Shown: positions 1 through 10,370, counted from the first letter of the stretch. The stretch is DNA of 64,000 nucleotides from Candidatus Magasanikbacteria bacterium CG1_02_41_34 (GCA_001871445.1 MNVD01000014.1:28776-92775); one strand, 5' to 3'. Translations and numbers: made by a program. The notes: generated by a model not told the origin, from the sequence alone.

Positions 1-1113
1 CCTTCACATCTTGCCTTGGTATTTGAACCTGATGTCGCCTTTGTCACACAAAAGATGGTGCCAAAGGAAGGTGCAACGTTGAGCGAACGATTGTGGTTAA
101 TTGAAAATGTTGACGAACATGTTACCAGTACAAGTTATACTATTACTGGAGCATTTGCTGGAGGAGAGGGTTCACTTATGGTCAACGTGCGTCTCGTTGG
201 GTGGCAAGATGGTCAGTCTCGCAGTGACGCCTACACACTTGCCATCGCAGAAAAAGAACTCGCTATAGAAGATCAACAACTTTCCATATCTCTCGTTGCC
301 AATGGGAGTCAGCAGGATATTACTGTTCAGCCAGGAGAGCATGTGAATGCAACTATCGTGGTAAAAAATAATACAGAAGAATCGCTCAAGAATGTTCGTG
401 TAAGACTCATGTTTGATGCGCCGTCCTCGAAAGGGCGAAGTATTATGGACTGGCCATCACTCGAGGATGCTGCCGATGGAAGTATTGTCGGAGAACAGTT
501 ATCAGATACTGTTCGGCGTGGGCAGATCACATGGAGTAGTGGCCAGCTTCGCGATCTTCGAGAGATCAAGGCAGGTGATCAGGTGACGATCGATGTATCG
601 ATTCCTATTAAGTCTGGTGATGATATAGATCTTGCTTCATACGAATCATACGAGATCGCTCTTGCTGGCGATGCACAATATACTATTGCGAGCGGAGAAG
701 AAACTGCTGCTGCTGCTGTACCTCTCGTACTTACCTTAAATTCTGACACAACGTTTGATGTTCGTGATGAGATTGATGAAAGTACTCATACGATTACCTG
801 GCTCATTGGTAATACATTTCATGCACTCAAGGATATCGAAGCCGAAGTCGATCTCTATGGCGAGATTGCATTCTCTCAGGATGCTGCCGTAGTGCCTGCT
901 GGAGAAATTGTATATAACAAAGCTGAAAAGAAATTGACATGGAAGGTGGACAGTATGCCATTGTCTGTGGATGTTTTGGCATTGCAATTTCCTATCACAC
1001 TCAACCAAGCAAATCCATCGCAGACGCAACTTACGTCAAAAGTACGTGTGACAGCAATTGATGAAGTTACTGGCAAGCAGATACTGTTGATAGGGAATGA
1101 AGTGGGATTGTAG
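1..1113 (+). CDS. Hypothetical secreted protein, 5' truncated by window edge; frame open from position 16.
   Basis: Long ORF with no start inside the window. Repetitive beta-rich sequence and no catalytic motif recognised. Confidence 0.4.
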   Translation, partial: PSHLALVFEPDVAFVTQKMVPKEGATLSERLWLIENVDEHVTSTSYTITGAFAGGEGSLMVNVRLVGWQDGQSRSDAYTLAIAEKELAIEDQQLSISLVANGSQQDITVQPGEHVNATIVVKNNTEESLKNVRVRLMFDAPSSKGRSIMDWPSLEDAADGSIVGEQLSDTVRRGQITWSSGQLRDLREIKAGDQVTIDVSIPIKSGDDIDLASYESYEIALAGDAQYTIASGEETAAAAVPLVLTLNSDTTFDVRDEIDESTHTITWLIGNTFHALKDIEAEVDLYGEIAFSQDAAVVPAGEIVYNKAEKKLTWKVDSMPLSVDVLALQFPITLNQANPSQTQLTSKVRVTAIDEVTGKQILLIGNEVGL

Positions 1114-1162
1114 TGTTTGATTGATGTAATAAAAAAATAGACTATTTAGTCTATTTTTTTTG

Positions 1163-1234
1163 TGCTCCCGGAGGGAATCGAACCCCCAACCGCGGTTCCG
1201 AAGACCGCTGTTATATCCATTTAACTACAGGAGC
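1163..1234 (-). tRNA. tRNA-Arg (anticodon UCG).
   Basis: Hand-folded cloverleaf on the reverse complement: acceptor GCTCCTG/CGGGAGC with one G-U pair, anticodon loop CTTCGGA, T-loop TTCGATT, discriminator A. Confidence 0.7.
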
Positions 1235-1346
1235 AGAAGAAATTTCTTACTTGGTAGGTCAGGTTAGGTGAGGTTATAGATTAGCATGAGATTGCTTCTC
1301 CGTAACCCCCTCTAACTCCCCCTACCATGGGGAGAAAAATACTGTG

Positions 1347-1419
1347 TGCGCCCAGAGGGATTCGAACCCCCGACCGTTTGGTTAAGAGCCAACTGCTCTA
1401 CCAGCTGAGCTATGAGCGC
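1347..1419 (-). tRNA. tRNA-Lys (anticodon CUU).
   Basis: Reverse complement GCGCTCATAGCTCAGCTGGTAGAGCAGTTGGCTCTTAACCAAACGGTCGGGGGTTCGAATCCC.... Anticodon loop CTCTTAA, T-loop TTCGAAT. Confidence 0.75.
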
Positions 1420-1538
1420 ATATAAATGCAAGACGGATAATAACAAATATCAGTAGTTTTGTCAATAAAAAATATTCTATGCACTACTAGAATATTTTTA
1501 TCATCTGCTATTCGCTATTTGTTATATGCTATGTAAAA

Positions 1539-2300
1539 TTACCCAATCGGATCACTCACACTTCTTTCAAGAATCTCTGTTTTTGGCCCTTTCCATTTTT
1601 TTTTTGCAAGGGCTGCTTCTGCTGCGGCGACTTGCGCTTCTTGTTTACTGCCACCTTCACCTTCTGCAATTTTTTCTTTTTCGAGATACACACCCACAAC
1701 AAATTGCTTTGCATGATCAGGGCCATCTTCTCGCATGACTTTATAGGTTGGGGTAACACCAACAATATCTTGTGCAGATTCTTGAAATCTTGATTTTGGA
1801 TCCATCCATAGTCCTAGGTCGAGGACTTCTCCAAGTTTGCTCACGATCCAACGGAGAACAAATTGCTTTGCCATTTCCCATCCTTGATCAAGATAAATAG
1901 CACCGATGACAGCTTCTACTGCGTTGGCGAGGATATATTCACGCGCTTTACTATTACTGTCTTGTGATTCTCCACGACTCAGAAAGAGATATGGTTCTAT
2001 ACCAATCTCATTGCCGACAAGAGCACAATTTTTTCCATTGACCAGTGCTGCTCGCCAGTTGGTGAGTTCTCCTTCCGGATTCAAATAATTTGCAAATAAA
2101 AATTCAGTAACAATCAATTCAAGTACCGCATCGCCAAGAAACTCAAGACGTTCATTGTGCGCAAGAGGGAAGTCTCTATTTTCATTCAAGAAAGACCGGT
2201 GCACGAGTGCTTGGACGAGCATGTCTTTATTGTTGAAGACAATGCCGAGAGAGTCTTCGAGTTGTTTGAAGTTGTGCTCTTCGTATTGTGGGACGGGCAT
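1539..2300 (-). CDS. rnc: Ribonuclease III.
   Basis: RNase III signature ERLEFLGDAVLEL; C-terminal dsRBD-like region with AKKKW. 253 aa. Confidence 0.9.
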   Translation of the reverse strand: MPVPQYEEHNFKQLEDSLGIVFNNKDMLVQALVHRSFLNENRDFPLAHNERLEFLGDAVLELIVTEFLFANYLNPEGELTNWRAALVNGKNCALVGNEIGIEPYLFLSRGESQDSNSKAREYILANAVEAVIGAIYLDQGWEMAKQFVLRWIVSKLGEVLDLGLWMDPKSRFQESAQDIVGVTPTYKVMREDGPDHAKQFVVGVYLEKEKIAEGEGGSKQEAQVAAAEAALAKKKWKGPKTEILERSVSDPIG

Positions 2301-2398
2301 AGAATGATAGCTATCCGTTCCGACTCACATCAGCTCTTATATGGAGAAGAGATTATGTGAAACGAAAGGGTGAATGATATATATGCATTGCTTTTTGT

Positions 2399-2830
2399 TC
2401 ACTGTGTATTATTTTCTTCTACTTCTTTGAACATTGCGCCGAGGATACCGTTGACAAATTTTCCTGATGATTGTCCACCGTATGATTTTGCAATTTCGAT
2501 CGCTTCATTGATAGCAACTTTTGCTGGGATCTCGCTGTTGAAATATAGTTCGTATACTCCAATGCGCAGAATATTTCGGTCAACAATTGCCATTTGTTCG
2601 AGTGACCAGTTTGGTGCATGTTCTTCTATTTTTTTATCGATGTCCTTTAAATGAACAAGAACACCATCAACGGTGTTCTTGACAAACTCTATTTCTTTTT
2701 CAAGTCCGACACCAAACTCTTCGATCTGCTGATCGACGATTGCTGGAATTCCTGCTGTAGGTCTTCCTTTGAAGTCCCATTGATATAGGACTTGCATGAC
2801 GATTGATCGTGCGAGATGTCGGTGTGACAT
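2399..2830 (-). CDS. nusB: Transcription antitermination factor NusB.
   Basis: 143 aa. N-terminus [17 protein letters not shown] is typical of the NusB family. Adjacent to rnc. Confidence 0.7.
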   Translation of the reverse strand: MSHRHLARSIVMQVLYQWDFKGRPTAGIPAIVDQQIEEFGVGLEKEIEFVKNTVDGVLVHLKDIDKKIEEHAPNWSLEQMAIVDRNILRIGVYELYFNSEIPAKVAINEAIEIAKSYGGQSSGKFVNGILGAMFKEVEENNTQ

Positions 2831-2872
2831 GGAAGAAGCGGTTAGTGTGTTGGCAAGCGTACTGCGAGAGTA

Positions 2873-3088
2873 TTAGCTAGCTTTTTTGACACGTCGGATA
2901 CGTCGTGTAGTTCGTTTTTCAACATCTACTGCTTGTTTCCCTTTGTACTTTCCTGTCACTGGACTTGCATGATGGGGAAGATGTGGGTTGCCGTCTTCGT
3001 CTACGAGAACTTTTATTGGTTTGAGGGCGTGGTGTGATCGTCGTGCACGTTGACGTGGTTTCGATGTTTTTGTTTTTGGATGTGCCAT
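2873..3088 (-). CDS. rpmF: 50S ribosomal protein L32.
   Basis: MAHPKTKTSKPRQRARRSHHAL... matches the L32 N-terminal consensus. Start taken at MAHPK, not the longer ORF start at 3115. Confidence 0.7.
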   Translation of the reverse strand: MAHPKTKTSKPRQRARRSHHALKPIKVLVDEDGNPHLPHHASPVTGKYKGKQAVDVEKRTTRRIRRVKKAS

Positions 3089-3221
3089 ATAAAATATAGT
3101 ATAGCAAAAAATCAAAGAGATTGCATGGATAAAGCCAAAAGACTATAGCATAGAAAGGGAAAAAGATCAAGTGTATAGCTTTGCTTTGCGGTTTTTGGTA
3201 CTTTTCAGGTACAATGGAGAT

Positions 3222-4157
3222 ATGGCTATACAAGCAATTACCCAAAAGGCTGACTGGAAGCCACAGACACAGGAATTCCTCCAATCTTGGGAATGGGGGG
3301 AATTTCAGTGTGCTGTAGGTCATGAGCCTCTGCGACTGTTGGTTGGTGGAGAATATGTGCAGGGATTTGTGCATCGATTACCACTTGGGTTGAAATACAT
3401 TTATTTTCCACGTTGTGATATAAAAAATTGGAAATTAGAAATTTCTGATTATGCAAAAAAGAAAGGATTCCTTTTTGCACGTATAGAACCAACAAATACA
3501 ATTTTGAAATTAGAAATTCGAAATTTTAAGATTCGTTGTCGTCAACCGCAACACACACTGGTCTTTGATCTCACACAATCAGAAGATGTACTTCTCAAAA
3601 ACATGCACAGCAAGACACGTTACAATATTCGTCTTGCAGAAAAAAAAAGAGTGGAAATTCGTGAAGAAAAAAACATAGATATTTTTTGGCAGCTTAATAA
3701 TGAAACAACAGAGAGAGATACCTTCAAAAGTCATGAGAAGGCATACTATACAGCGATGTTGGAAATGTCTATCGTACACCAATTCACGGCATGGTACGAA
3801 GGAAAACCACTTGCATCAAATATTTATATCGTACATAGCGATCGCATGACATATCTCCATGGTGCTTCGTCAAATGAATATCGTAATGTCATGGCACCCT
3901 ATTTGTTGCAATGGCAGTCGTTGCTCTGGGCAAAGAAACAAGGTATACAAAAATATGATGTGTGGGGTGTGGCTGCGCCAAAAAAAGAAGGGAATACATT
4001 TCACACATACACATGGGATGAATCAGATAGATTACACAACGTGACGAGATTTAAAGCTGGTTTTGGTGGCATGACTGTATCATATCCAGACGCGTGTGAA
4101 ATTCCGCTCAAGTCTTTGTCATACAAACTTTTTCAACTAGCAAAAAAGGTTTTATGA
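3222..4157 (+). CDS. FemAB-family peptidoglycan interpeptide-bridge aminoacyltransferase.
   Basis: Fem-family segments KTRYNIRLAEKKRVEIRE and LQWQSLLWAKKQG. Start set at the ATG preceded by GGAGA (MAIQ...); the ORF track starts at 3171. Confidence 0.6.
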   Translation: MAIQAITQKADWKPQTQEFLQSWEWGEFQCAVGHEPLRLLVGGEYVQGFVHRLPLGLKYIYFPRCDIKNWKLEISDYAKKKGFLFARIEPTNTILKLEIRNFKIRCRQPQHTLVFDLTQSEDVLLKNMHSKTRYNIRLAEKKRVEIREEKNIDIFWQLNNETTERDTFKSHEKAYYTAMLEMSIVHQFTAWYEGKPLASNIYIVHSDRMTYLHGASSNEYRNVMAPYLLQWQSLLWAKKQGIQKYDVWGVAAPKKEGNTFHTYTWDESDRLHNVTRFKAGFGGMTVSYPDACEIPLKSLSYKLFQLAKKVL

Positions 4158-4687
4158 ATCAGCCGTGGACAAGCAAATTGTTTTTGAAGATAAATAGCCT
4201 AGTAGGAAGATGGTCAGTTGTTGATCTCACGATGATTTTTTCGGCTAAATATTTAATTTGGATACTCTCCCTATTTCTTTTCCTATTTTTTTTGTACGAC
4301 AACAGGTGGCGCGCTGGTTTTTTTATTGTGTGGTGTGTTGTATTCGGGACTATGTTTCTTTGTTCATTTTTTTTCAGCTATCTTATTGCTTGGCTGTTTC
4401 CACATCCACGACCGATTCGTCAGTTTCCTGATATACACGTATTGATTCGTACATGGGGGACATGGAAATCGTTTCCGTCTGATCATGCTATTGGTGCTAC
4501 TATTTTAGCCTATGGAGCCTTGCTAACACTCACTGGATCGATACGGAGTATCTTTATGGTATGTGCGGTGCTTGTCGCTGTCAGTCGTGTCTGGGTAGGT
4601 GTGCACTATCCGAGAGATATTATTGCTGGAATCGTTGTTGGCAGTACCGTGGCTCTTGTGATACAGCAGATGTTATTCATAGGTTGA
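4154..4687 (+). CDS. PAP2-family membrane phosphatase, undecaprenyl-diphosphatase-like.
   Basis: PAP2 motifs SFPSDHA and SRVWVGVHYPRD; multiple TM helices. Confidence 0.65.
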   Translation: MNQPWTSKLFLKINSLVGRWSVVDLTMIFSAKYLIWILSLFLFLFFLYDNRWRAGFFIVWCVVFGTMFLCSFFFSYLIAWLFPHPRPIRQFPDIHVLIRTWGTWKSFPSDHAIGATILAYGALLTLTGSIRSIFMVCAVLVAVSRVWVGVHYPRDIIAGIVVGSTVALVIQQMLFIG

Positions 4688-4721
4688 CCATTTGCCTTTC
4701 CTTTCGTACAATAGTCTTACT

Positions 4722-5417
4722 ATGAATGCTATTATTCTTTGTGGAGGTCTCTCCACCCGTCTTGGTGATATTACCAAGACAATTCCAAAAATCCTTCTGT
4801 CGATCGGTGACAAAACTGTTCTTGATTGGCAGCTCGATATGCTCAAAACATTGGGCGTGTCTGAAGTTGTACTCGCGGCAGGGCATCTTTCTGATGTTCT
4901 CAAAAAAGAAGTAGGAGAGCAGCGTCATGGCATGAATTTGATCCATGTAGTGGAAGAAAAAAAACTTGGCACAGGAGGTGCTATCAAGCACGCGATGAAC
5001 CATGTGTCATCTCCAGATGATGTGACACTTATTTTGAATGGAGATATTTTGACGAATATTGATCTTGTGGATATGGTATCTCGAGTCGACCAGGAGAGTG
5101 AAGGTATGCTTCTTGGTACGCGTGTCGACAATGCCTCGAGCTATGGAACGTTGGAATACGATGACTCTGGACACCTCAATGCATTCAAAGAAAAAGAAGG
5201 CATTCATACACCAGGATATATCAATGGAGGAATTTATTTGTTTACGCCACATGCAAAAAAACATTTTCCTACGGTTGATACGTTTAGTATCGAATACGAT
5301 GTTTTTCCAAATATGAAAAATTTGTATGTCTATGAATCAGAGAGTCCTTGGGTAGATGTCGGTGTTCCAGAGCGTCTCGAGTGGGCGCGAAACAATTGGC
5401 ATGTCATTCGCGCATAA
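4722..5417 (+). CDS. Sugar-phosphate nucleotidyltransferase.
   Basis: N-terminus MNAIILCGGLSTRLG is the NTP-transferase G-rich loop. Start moved to MNAI, since the ORF track start at 4692 would overlap the upstream gene. Confidence 0.7.
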   Translation: MNAIILCGGLSTRLGDITKTIPKILLSIGDKTVLDWQLDMLKTLGVSEVVLAAGHLSDVLKKEVGEQRHGMNLIHVVEEKKLGTGGAIKHAMNHVSSPDDVTLILNGDILTNIDLVDMVSRVDQESEGMLLGTRVDNASSYGTLEYDDSGHLNAFKEKEGIHTPGYINGGIYLFTPHAKKHFPTVDTFSIEYDVFPNMKNLYVYESESPWVDVGVPERLEWARNNWHVIRA

Positions 5418-5421
5418 TCAT

Positions 5422-6447
5422 ATGAAAAAGAAATTACTTCTCATCGTAGTCGGCATCCTCCTCTTTGGAGGGTTTCTTTTCTATCGAAATATCTACACCG
5501 CTATTGGGATTGAAACTGACACAAAAGTAATATCAATACCATCCGGTTTGTCTGTGAGGGAAATCGCGGTTCTTCTTGAAGAACAGGGTATTGTCCCGTC
5601 GAGTAACATCCTTGTTCGATATCTTGTATGGAAAAACATGGATACAAAAATTCAGCATGGTGATATTACGTTTGTTCCCCCACACTCCATTGCACATGTT
5701 GCTATGGAATTAGCGAATCCTCAGGGGAGAAAAGAACGAGAAATTACGTTATTACCTGGTTGGGATATACGGCAAATTGCTGAGTATTTTGAAAAAGAGG
5801 GCATTGCTTCAGCAGAAGATTTTTATCGTGCTGTCGGCACACCACTGAATGAACGTCCAAGTACGTACGACATGAGTGATGTCCCACAGTTTGATTCAAA
5901 ATCAAAGGATGCAAATCTTGAAGGATATCTGCGTCCAGATACATATCGTATTTTTGAAAGTGCAAGTGTAGATGATATTGTCGGGAAACTTGTTCACGGC
6001 AGAGCTGATCAGTTTACTGATCAGATGCTAGCAGATACCAACGTGCAGGGGAAAACTGTGCATGAGATTCTCACCATGGCAAGTATTTTGGAAAGAGAAG
6101 TGAGAACGCCAGAAGATCGACGTTTGGTATCAGATCTTTTTTGGCGTCGGTATAATATTGGTATGGCACTTCAAGCTGATTCGACCGTTCACTATATTAC
6201 CGGTACAGAAGGAAGTGTATTTACCACCAAGAATGCACGAGAGGTGGATTCCTTATGGAACACATATAAATATCCTGGATTGCCACCTGGTCCAATTAGC
6301 AACCCGTCCGTTGGTGCTATTATGGCAGCCATCTATCCAGAAAAAAATACGAATTGGTATTTTCTCACCACGTTAGACACCGGAGAAGTGAAGTATGCAA
6401 AAACACTTGATCAGCAAAATGCCAATAGTGCCACATATTTACGCTAA
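5422..6447 (+). CDS. mltG: Endolytic murein transglycosylase MltG (YceG family).
   Basis: N-terminal TM helix; YceG signature LEGYLRPDTYRIF. Start at MKKKLL to avoid overlap. Confidence 0.8.
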   Translation: MKKKLLLIVVGILLFGGFLFYRNIYTAIGIETDTKVISIPSGLSVREIAVLLEEQGIVPSSNILVRYLVWKNMDTKIQHGDITFVPPHSIAHVAMELANPQGRKEREITLLPGWDIRQIAEYFEKEGIASAEDFYRAVGTPLNERPSTYDMSDVPQFDSKSKDANLEGYLRPDTYRIFESASVDDIVGKLVHGRADQFTDQMLADTNVQGKTVHEILTMASILEREVRTPEDRRLVSDLFWRRYNIGMALQADSTVHYITGTEGSVFTTKNAREVDSLWNTYKYPGLPPGPISNPSVGAIMAAIYPEKNTNWYFLTTLDTGEVKYAKTLDQQNANSATYLR

Positions 6448-6455
6448 AAATATAT

Positions 6456-7592
6456 ATGGATTCATTGCAATTCCACAAACAACTCAGAGGAAAAATAGAA
6501 GTCATCTCGCGTGCACCGATTATGAATAGAGAAGATCTTTCACTTGCCTATACACCTGGTGTGGCACAAGCGTGTCTTGCGATTGTCGAGGACCCTACAC
6601 AAGTCTATGAACTCACGAGAAAAAATAACATGGTTGCTGTGGTGACAGATGGAAGTGCTGTTCTCGGACTTGGGAATATCGGACCAGCAGCGAGTCTACC
6701 TGTGATGGAAGGAAAGGCGATTCTTTTCAAACAATTTGCCGATGTTGATGCATTTCCTATTGCGCTCGATACACAAGATACCGAAGAGATTATTGAAACC
6801 GTTATTCGCATTGCCCCAATGTTTGGGGGTATTAATCTCGAAGATATATCAGCACCGCGGTGTTTTGAAATAGAAGAACGTTTACAGAAAGCACTCAACA
6901 TCCCTGTCTTTCATGATGATCAACATGGTACTGCGATTGTTGTACTCGCGGGACTGTACAATGCACTGAAGGTTGTTGGTAAGAACATTAATGAAATTAC
7001 AGTCACAATGAGTGGTGTTGGTGCTGCTGGAGTTGCGATTACAAAATTACTTCTTCTTGCAGGAGTCAAAGATGTTTTTCTTGTCGATTCAAAAGGGTTG
7101 ATCTATGAGGGACGTGAGGACTTGAATGATGTAAAAATAGCACTCGCAACACAAACAAACAGAGAAAAACGAACAGGTTCATTAGAAGATGCTTTGAAAG
7201 GTGCAGATGTTTTTGTAGGCGTGAGTAAGCCAAATCTCGTGACGCCAGAGATGATCAAGTCCATGGCACCAGATTCAATTATTTTTGCCATGGCAAATCC
7301 AGATCCAGAAATTCTTCCGGACATTGCAAAAGAGGCTGGAGCAGCTGTGGTGGCCACAGGGAGAAGCGATTTTCCAAATCAAATTAATAATGTCCTTGCA
7401 TTTCCAGGCGTATTTCGTGGACTTCTCGATGCGCGCATCCCAAATGTTACGAACGATATGAAGCTCGCGGCGGCTCGTGCGTTGGCAGATGCTGTCGCAG
7501 AGCCCACTGCCGAGTATATTATTCCAGGTCCCTTTGAAAAAGGGATTGCTGAGGTTGTAGCAAAAGCAGTACAAGATGCGTATGCTACGTAA
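6456..7592 (+). CDS. NAD(P)-dependent malic enzyme, short form.
   Basis: Malic-enzyme motifs YTPGVAQAC, VTDGSAVLGLGNIGP, FHDDQHGTA. 378 aa. Confidence 0.8.
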   Translation: MDSLQFHKQLRGKIEVISRAPIMNREDLSLAYTPGVAQACLAIVEDPTQVYELTRKNNMVAVVTDGSAVLGLGNIGPAASLPVMEGKAILFKQFADVDAFPIALDTQDTEEIIETVIRIAPMFGGINLEDISAPRCFEIEERLQKALNIPVFHDDQHGTAIVVLAGLYNALKVVGKNINEITVTMSGVGAAGVAITKLLLLAGVKDVFLVDSKGLIYEGREDLNDVKIALATQTNREKRTGSLEDALKGADVFVGVSKPNLVTPEMIKSMAPDSIIFAMANPDPEILPDIAKEAGAAVVATGRSDFPNQINNVLAFPGVFRGLLDARIPNVTNDMKLAAARALADAVAEPTAEYIIPGPFEKGIAEVVAKAVQDAYAT

Positions 7593-7604
7593 TAGAGAGA
7601 ATCT

Positions 7605-8258
7605 ATGAAAAATAATCGTTCGATTTCAACGTATTCACTCATTGTTGTAAATCTCATTCCATTGTTTGGTGTGCTGTTTTTGTCGTGGAGTTTGATAGAA
7701 ATTTTGTTTTTATTTTGGGCAGAGACAGCGGTGATTGGATTTTTTACGTTTTGGAAAATATTTCTTTCAAAAAAAATAGATCCGGAAGAATTGACAACAG
7801 CAAAAAAACTACCAAATACACATATCCAGCCAGGAAGAGCAATAAAAATTGTGTTACTTTTTTTCTTTCCTTTTCATTTTGGTATGTTTATGCTCGGTCA
7901 TTTTATTTTTCTTATCATTGTGTTTGTCGAACATGGACCTTTTCAAACGCTTGGCGAAAATTTGGGGAAAGGAATACTGTTTTCATTTGTCAGTTTGTTC
8001 ATAAGTCATCTCATATCATTTTTGGTCAACTATATTGGAAAAAAAGAATATGAACAGTATTCTCCACAAGAACTTATGATACAGCCATACAAACGAGTTG
8101 TGATTATGCATGTTACTATTTTACTTGGGGGTATCGTGATTTCTGCACTTGGCGCGCCTGTCTTTGCATTGGTGATGCTAGTTTTGATGAAAATTTTATT
8201 GGATCTCTTTGCTCATACAAAAGAACACAGCAATAAGCAGACCCAACCACAGATATGA
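7605..8258 (+). CDS. Hypothetical polytopic membrane protein.
   Basis: Several hydrophobic helices; no recognisable domain. Confidence 0.4.
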   Translation: MKNNRSISTYSLIVVNLIPLFGVLFLSWSLIEILFLFWAETAVIGFFTFWKIFLSKKIDPEELTTAKKLPNTHIQPGRAIKIVLLFFFPFHFGMFMLGHFIFLIIVFVEHGPFQTLGENLGKGILFSFVSLFISHLISFLVNYIGKKEYEQYSPQELMIQPYKRVVIMHVTILLGGIVISALGAPVFALVMLVLMKILLDLFAHTKEHSNKQTQPQI

Positions 8259-9316
8259 AAACAGTAGACTTTGACTACATCTTGCCAAAAGAGTTGATTG
8301 CACAACGGTCTGTTGTACCTCGAGACAGCTCTCGTCTTATGGTTATCAATAGAGAAAAAAAACTATGTGAACACAAAATATTTTCTGACGTTGTTGACTA
8401 TTTTAAAAAAGGAGATGTGCTTGTCTGGAACAATTCAAAAGTATTCAAAGCACGTCTGCTCGGAAAAATGCATTCTCGTACAGGCAGAGATCTTGTAAAC
8501 CACATGAGAGACGTAGAAATTTTTCTCGTCCGTCCTATGGAAAATGTCGGTGTTTGGAAAGTACTTGCAAAACCAGGAAAGCATGTGTTGCCTGGCATGA
8601 CTATTTCTTTTGCAGAAGATTTTTATTGTAATGTCATGCTTAAGGAAGAAAATGGAACAGTTCTTGTACAGTTTCCATACAATGCTGCGACTGTGAGACG
8701 AAAAGCAAATCAGCATGGGCATATTCCTATTCCTCCGTATGTAAAGGATGAACCAGAGCAATTTGAATTCTATCAGACAGTCTATGCAAAAGAAGAAGGA
8801 TCTGTCGCAGCACCAACTGCAGGATTTCATTTCACGCCACGTGTTATCGAAGCGCTAAAGAAAAAAGGTGTAGACTTTGCAGAAGTGACACTTCATGTTG
8901 GTCTTGGGACATTTCTTCCTGTGAAGTCAGAAGATGTGGAAGATCATATCATGCATGGCGAGTGGGTAGAGATTACGGAAGAGAATGCAGAAAAAATAAA
9001 TACTGCAAAACAAGAAGGCCGAAGAATCGTTGCTGTAGGAACAACGAGTGTCAGAACGCTGGAAGGTGTTGCACAGTTTGGCAGTGGGGGACGAGTGAAT
9101 GCATATGAAGGAGACATTAATATGTTTATCTTACCAGGATTCACATTTCAAATTGTTGATGTGTTGATTACTAATTTTCATCTCCCAAAATCTACACTTC
9201 TCATGCTCGTGAGTGCGTTTGCAGGAGATCGTGAGTTTATGTTACGCTGTTATGAGGAGGCCGTATCACAACGCTATAGATTTTTTAGTTTTGGAGATGC
9301 GATGATTATTTATTAA
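8255..9316 (+). CDS. queA: S-adenosylmethionine:tRNA ribosyltransferase-isomerase.
   Basis: N-terminus MKTVDFDYILPKELIAQRSVVPRDSSRLMV is the canonical QueA start. Confidence 0.9.
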   Translation: MKTVDFDYILPKELIAQRSVVPRDSSRLMVINREKKLCEHKIFSDVVDYFKKGDVLVWNNSKVFKARLLGKMHSRTGRDLVNHMRDVEIFLVRPMENVGVWKVLAKPGKHVLPGMTISFAEDFYCNVMLKEENGTVLVQFPYNAATVRRKANQHGHIPIPPYVKDEPEQFEFYQTVYAKEEGSVAAPTAGFHFTPRVIEALKKKGVDFAEVTLHVGLGTFLPVKSEDVEDHIMHGEWVEITEENAEKINTAKQEGRRIVAVGTTSVRTLEGVAQFGSGGRVNAYEGDINMFILPGFTFQIVDVLITNFHLPKSTLLMLVSAFAGDREFMLRCYEEAVSQRYRFFSFGDAMIIY

Positions 9317-9327
9317 ATAAACATTGT

Positions 9328-9759
9328 ATGGAACCAGGTCATACAGCACACACAGACATGGGAAGGTGGACTCCTATGGAAGACAATGAAGAAGACGATC
9401 GACCAAAGGGGTATGTTCCTATTGAAAAGGTGGCAGATCCACATGGATTAAATCCAGAAGAAGCATTGTTGGCAAAAGAAGCCAAAAAAGCCGGTGATGA
9501 ATTCGAAAATGGAGAAACCTCTCGTCATGATGCACCTGTTATGGGTGAGGAAGATGATGATATGGATATTGAAGATGTTGGCGAAGATCAGAAACCAGAA
9601 GACGCAGAAGAATCTCACGGCGGCAAAATGGGACTGCATAGATTGGGAGCAATGCAAGACGGTTTCGTGAAGGGAGATGCCTTTGATCGTGGAAAACAAC
9701 CACCTAATAAAGGTGTACCGAGAAGAAGAGATCTACCCAATGTTCAAGAATCTGCGTAA
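9328..9759 (+). CDS. Acidic hypothetical protein (D/E-rich).
   Basis: ORF with typical AT-rich codon usage. A terminator-like hairpin lies downstream at 9783-9806. No domain recognised. Confidence 0.3.
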   Translation: MEPGHTAHTDMGRWTPMEDNEEDDRPKGYVPIEKVADPHGLNPEEALLAKEAKKAGDEFENGETSRHDAPVMGEEDDDMDIEDVGEDQKPEDAEESHGGKMGLHRLGAMQDGFVKGDAFDRGKQPPNKGVPRRRDLPNVQESA

Positions 9760-9782
9760 TTGTACAGTAATATATGAAAAAT

Positions 9783-9806
9783 AGAGGTATATGCCTCTAT
9801 TTTTTG
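9783..9806 (+). terminator. Rho-independent terminator.
   Basis: Stem agagg/cctct followed by attttttg. Confidence 0.5.
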
Positions 9807-9894
9807 TCCAAAAGTTTTTTTGAAAAAAGTTGAGGGAGTCACAGCGCGCCCCTCAGTTCGGGGCGCGCTGTGACGAGTGTGGACGGGCGAAGTC

Positions 9895-10110
9895 TTACCG
9901 CCGCTTGCGCCAGCCCGTGGGACGGCGAGCATGTTGGTGGGAGGAGAATTTCTTCGAGCTCGTCGTGTCACGACGAGGCATCATGGGGACGTTGTTTCCC
10001 CAGGGGCTGAAGCGAGGCTTTTCTTCCCCTTCTCCGATGACATACTCCGGCGGGAAGATCCCGCTGTGGGAGTATTGTATACCAACGATGATCCTTCGCG
10101 GTTTAGGCAT
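9895..10110 (-). CDS. Small GC-rich ORF (71 aa) with a basic C-terminal tail.
   Basis: Strong RBS GGAAAGAGGAAAG before the ATG. A perfect hairpin at 9838-9874 plus a U-run lies downstream on the minus strand. GC content is visibly higher than the flanks. Confidence 0.35.
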   Translation of the reverse strand: MPKPRRIIVGIQYSHSGIFPPEYVIGEGEEKPRFSPWGNNVPMMPRRDTTSSKKFSSHQHARRPTGWRKRR

Positions 10111-10370
10111 CTTTCCTCTTTCCTTTTATTGAAGGGGTTGTTGGAGGAGGTCCGATCCATTTCAGCTTGGTGACGTTTCCGTAGGAGTCACGGAAGACAA
10201 TCAACCTTGCATGAACTTGGGTCATTGAACTCCGTTCGAAGGCACCAGTCGATACCACGCCGAATAGGCGTCGCAATCCGGAATCCTTTTTCTAGGAGTA
10301 ACGCTGCCGGCATATTGCTATAAAAAGCAAAAAAATGCAAGTTGATGCATTTTTCTGCTTTCTTTTTCAA

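Noticed and set aside
10111-10330. Possible ZTP (pfl) riboswitch in the GC-rich leader of the 71-aa ORF.
   Set aside because: Only a partial match (cgACUGGuGcc). The conserved second subdomain and pseudoknot partner (GGACCGCCUGGG-like) are not evident, and the downstream gene is not a purine or folate gene.
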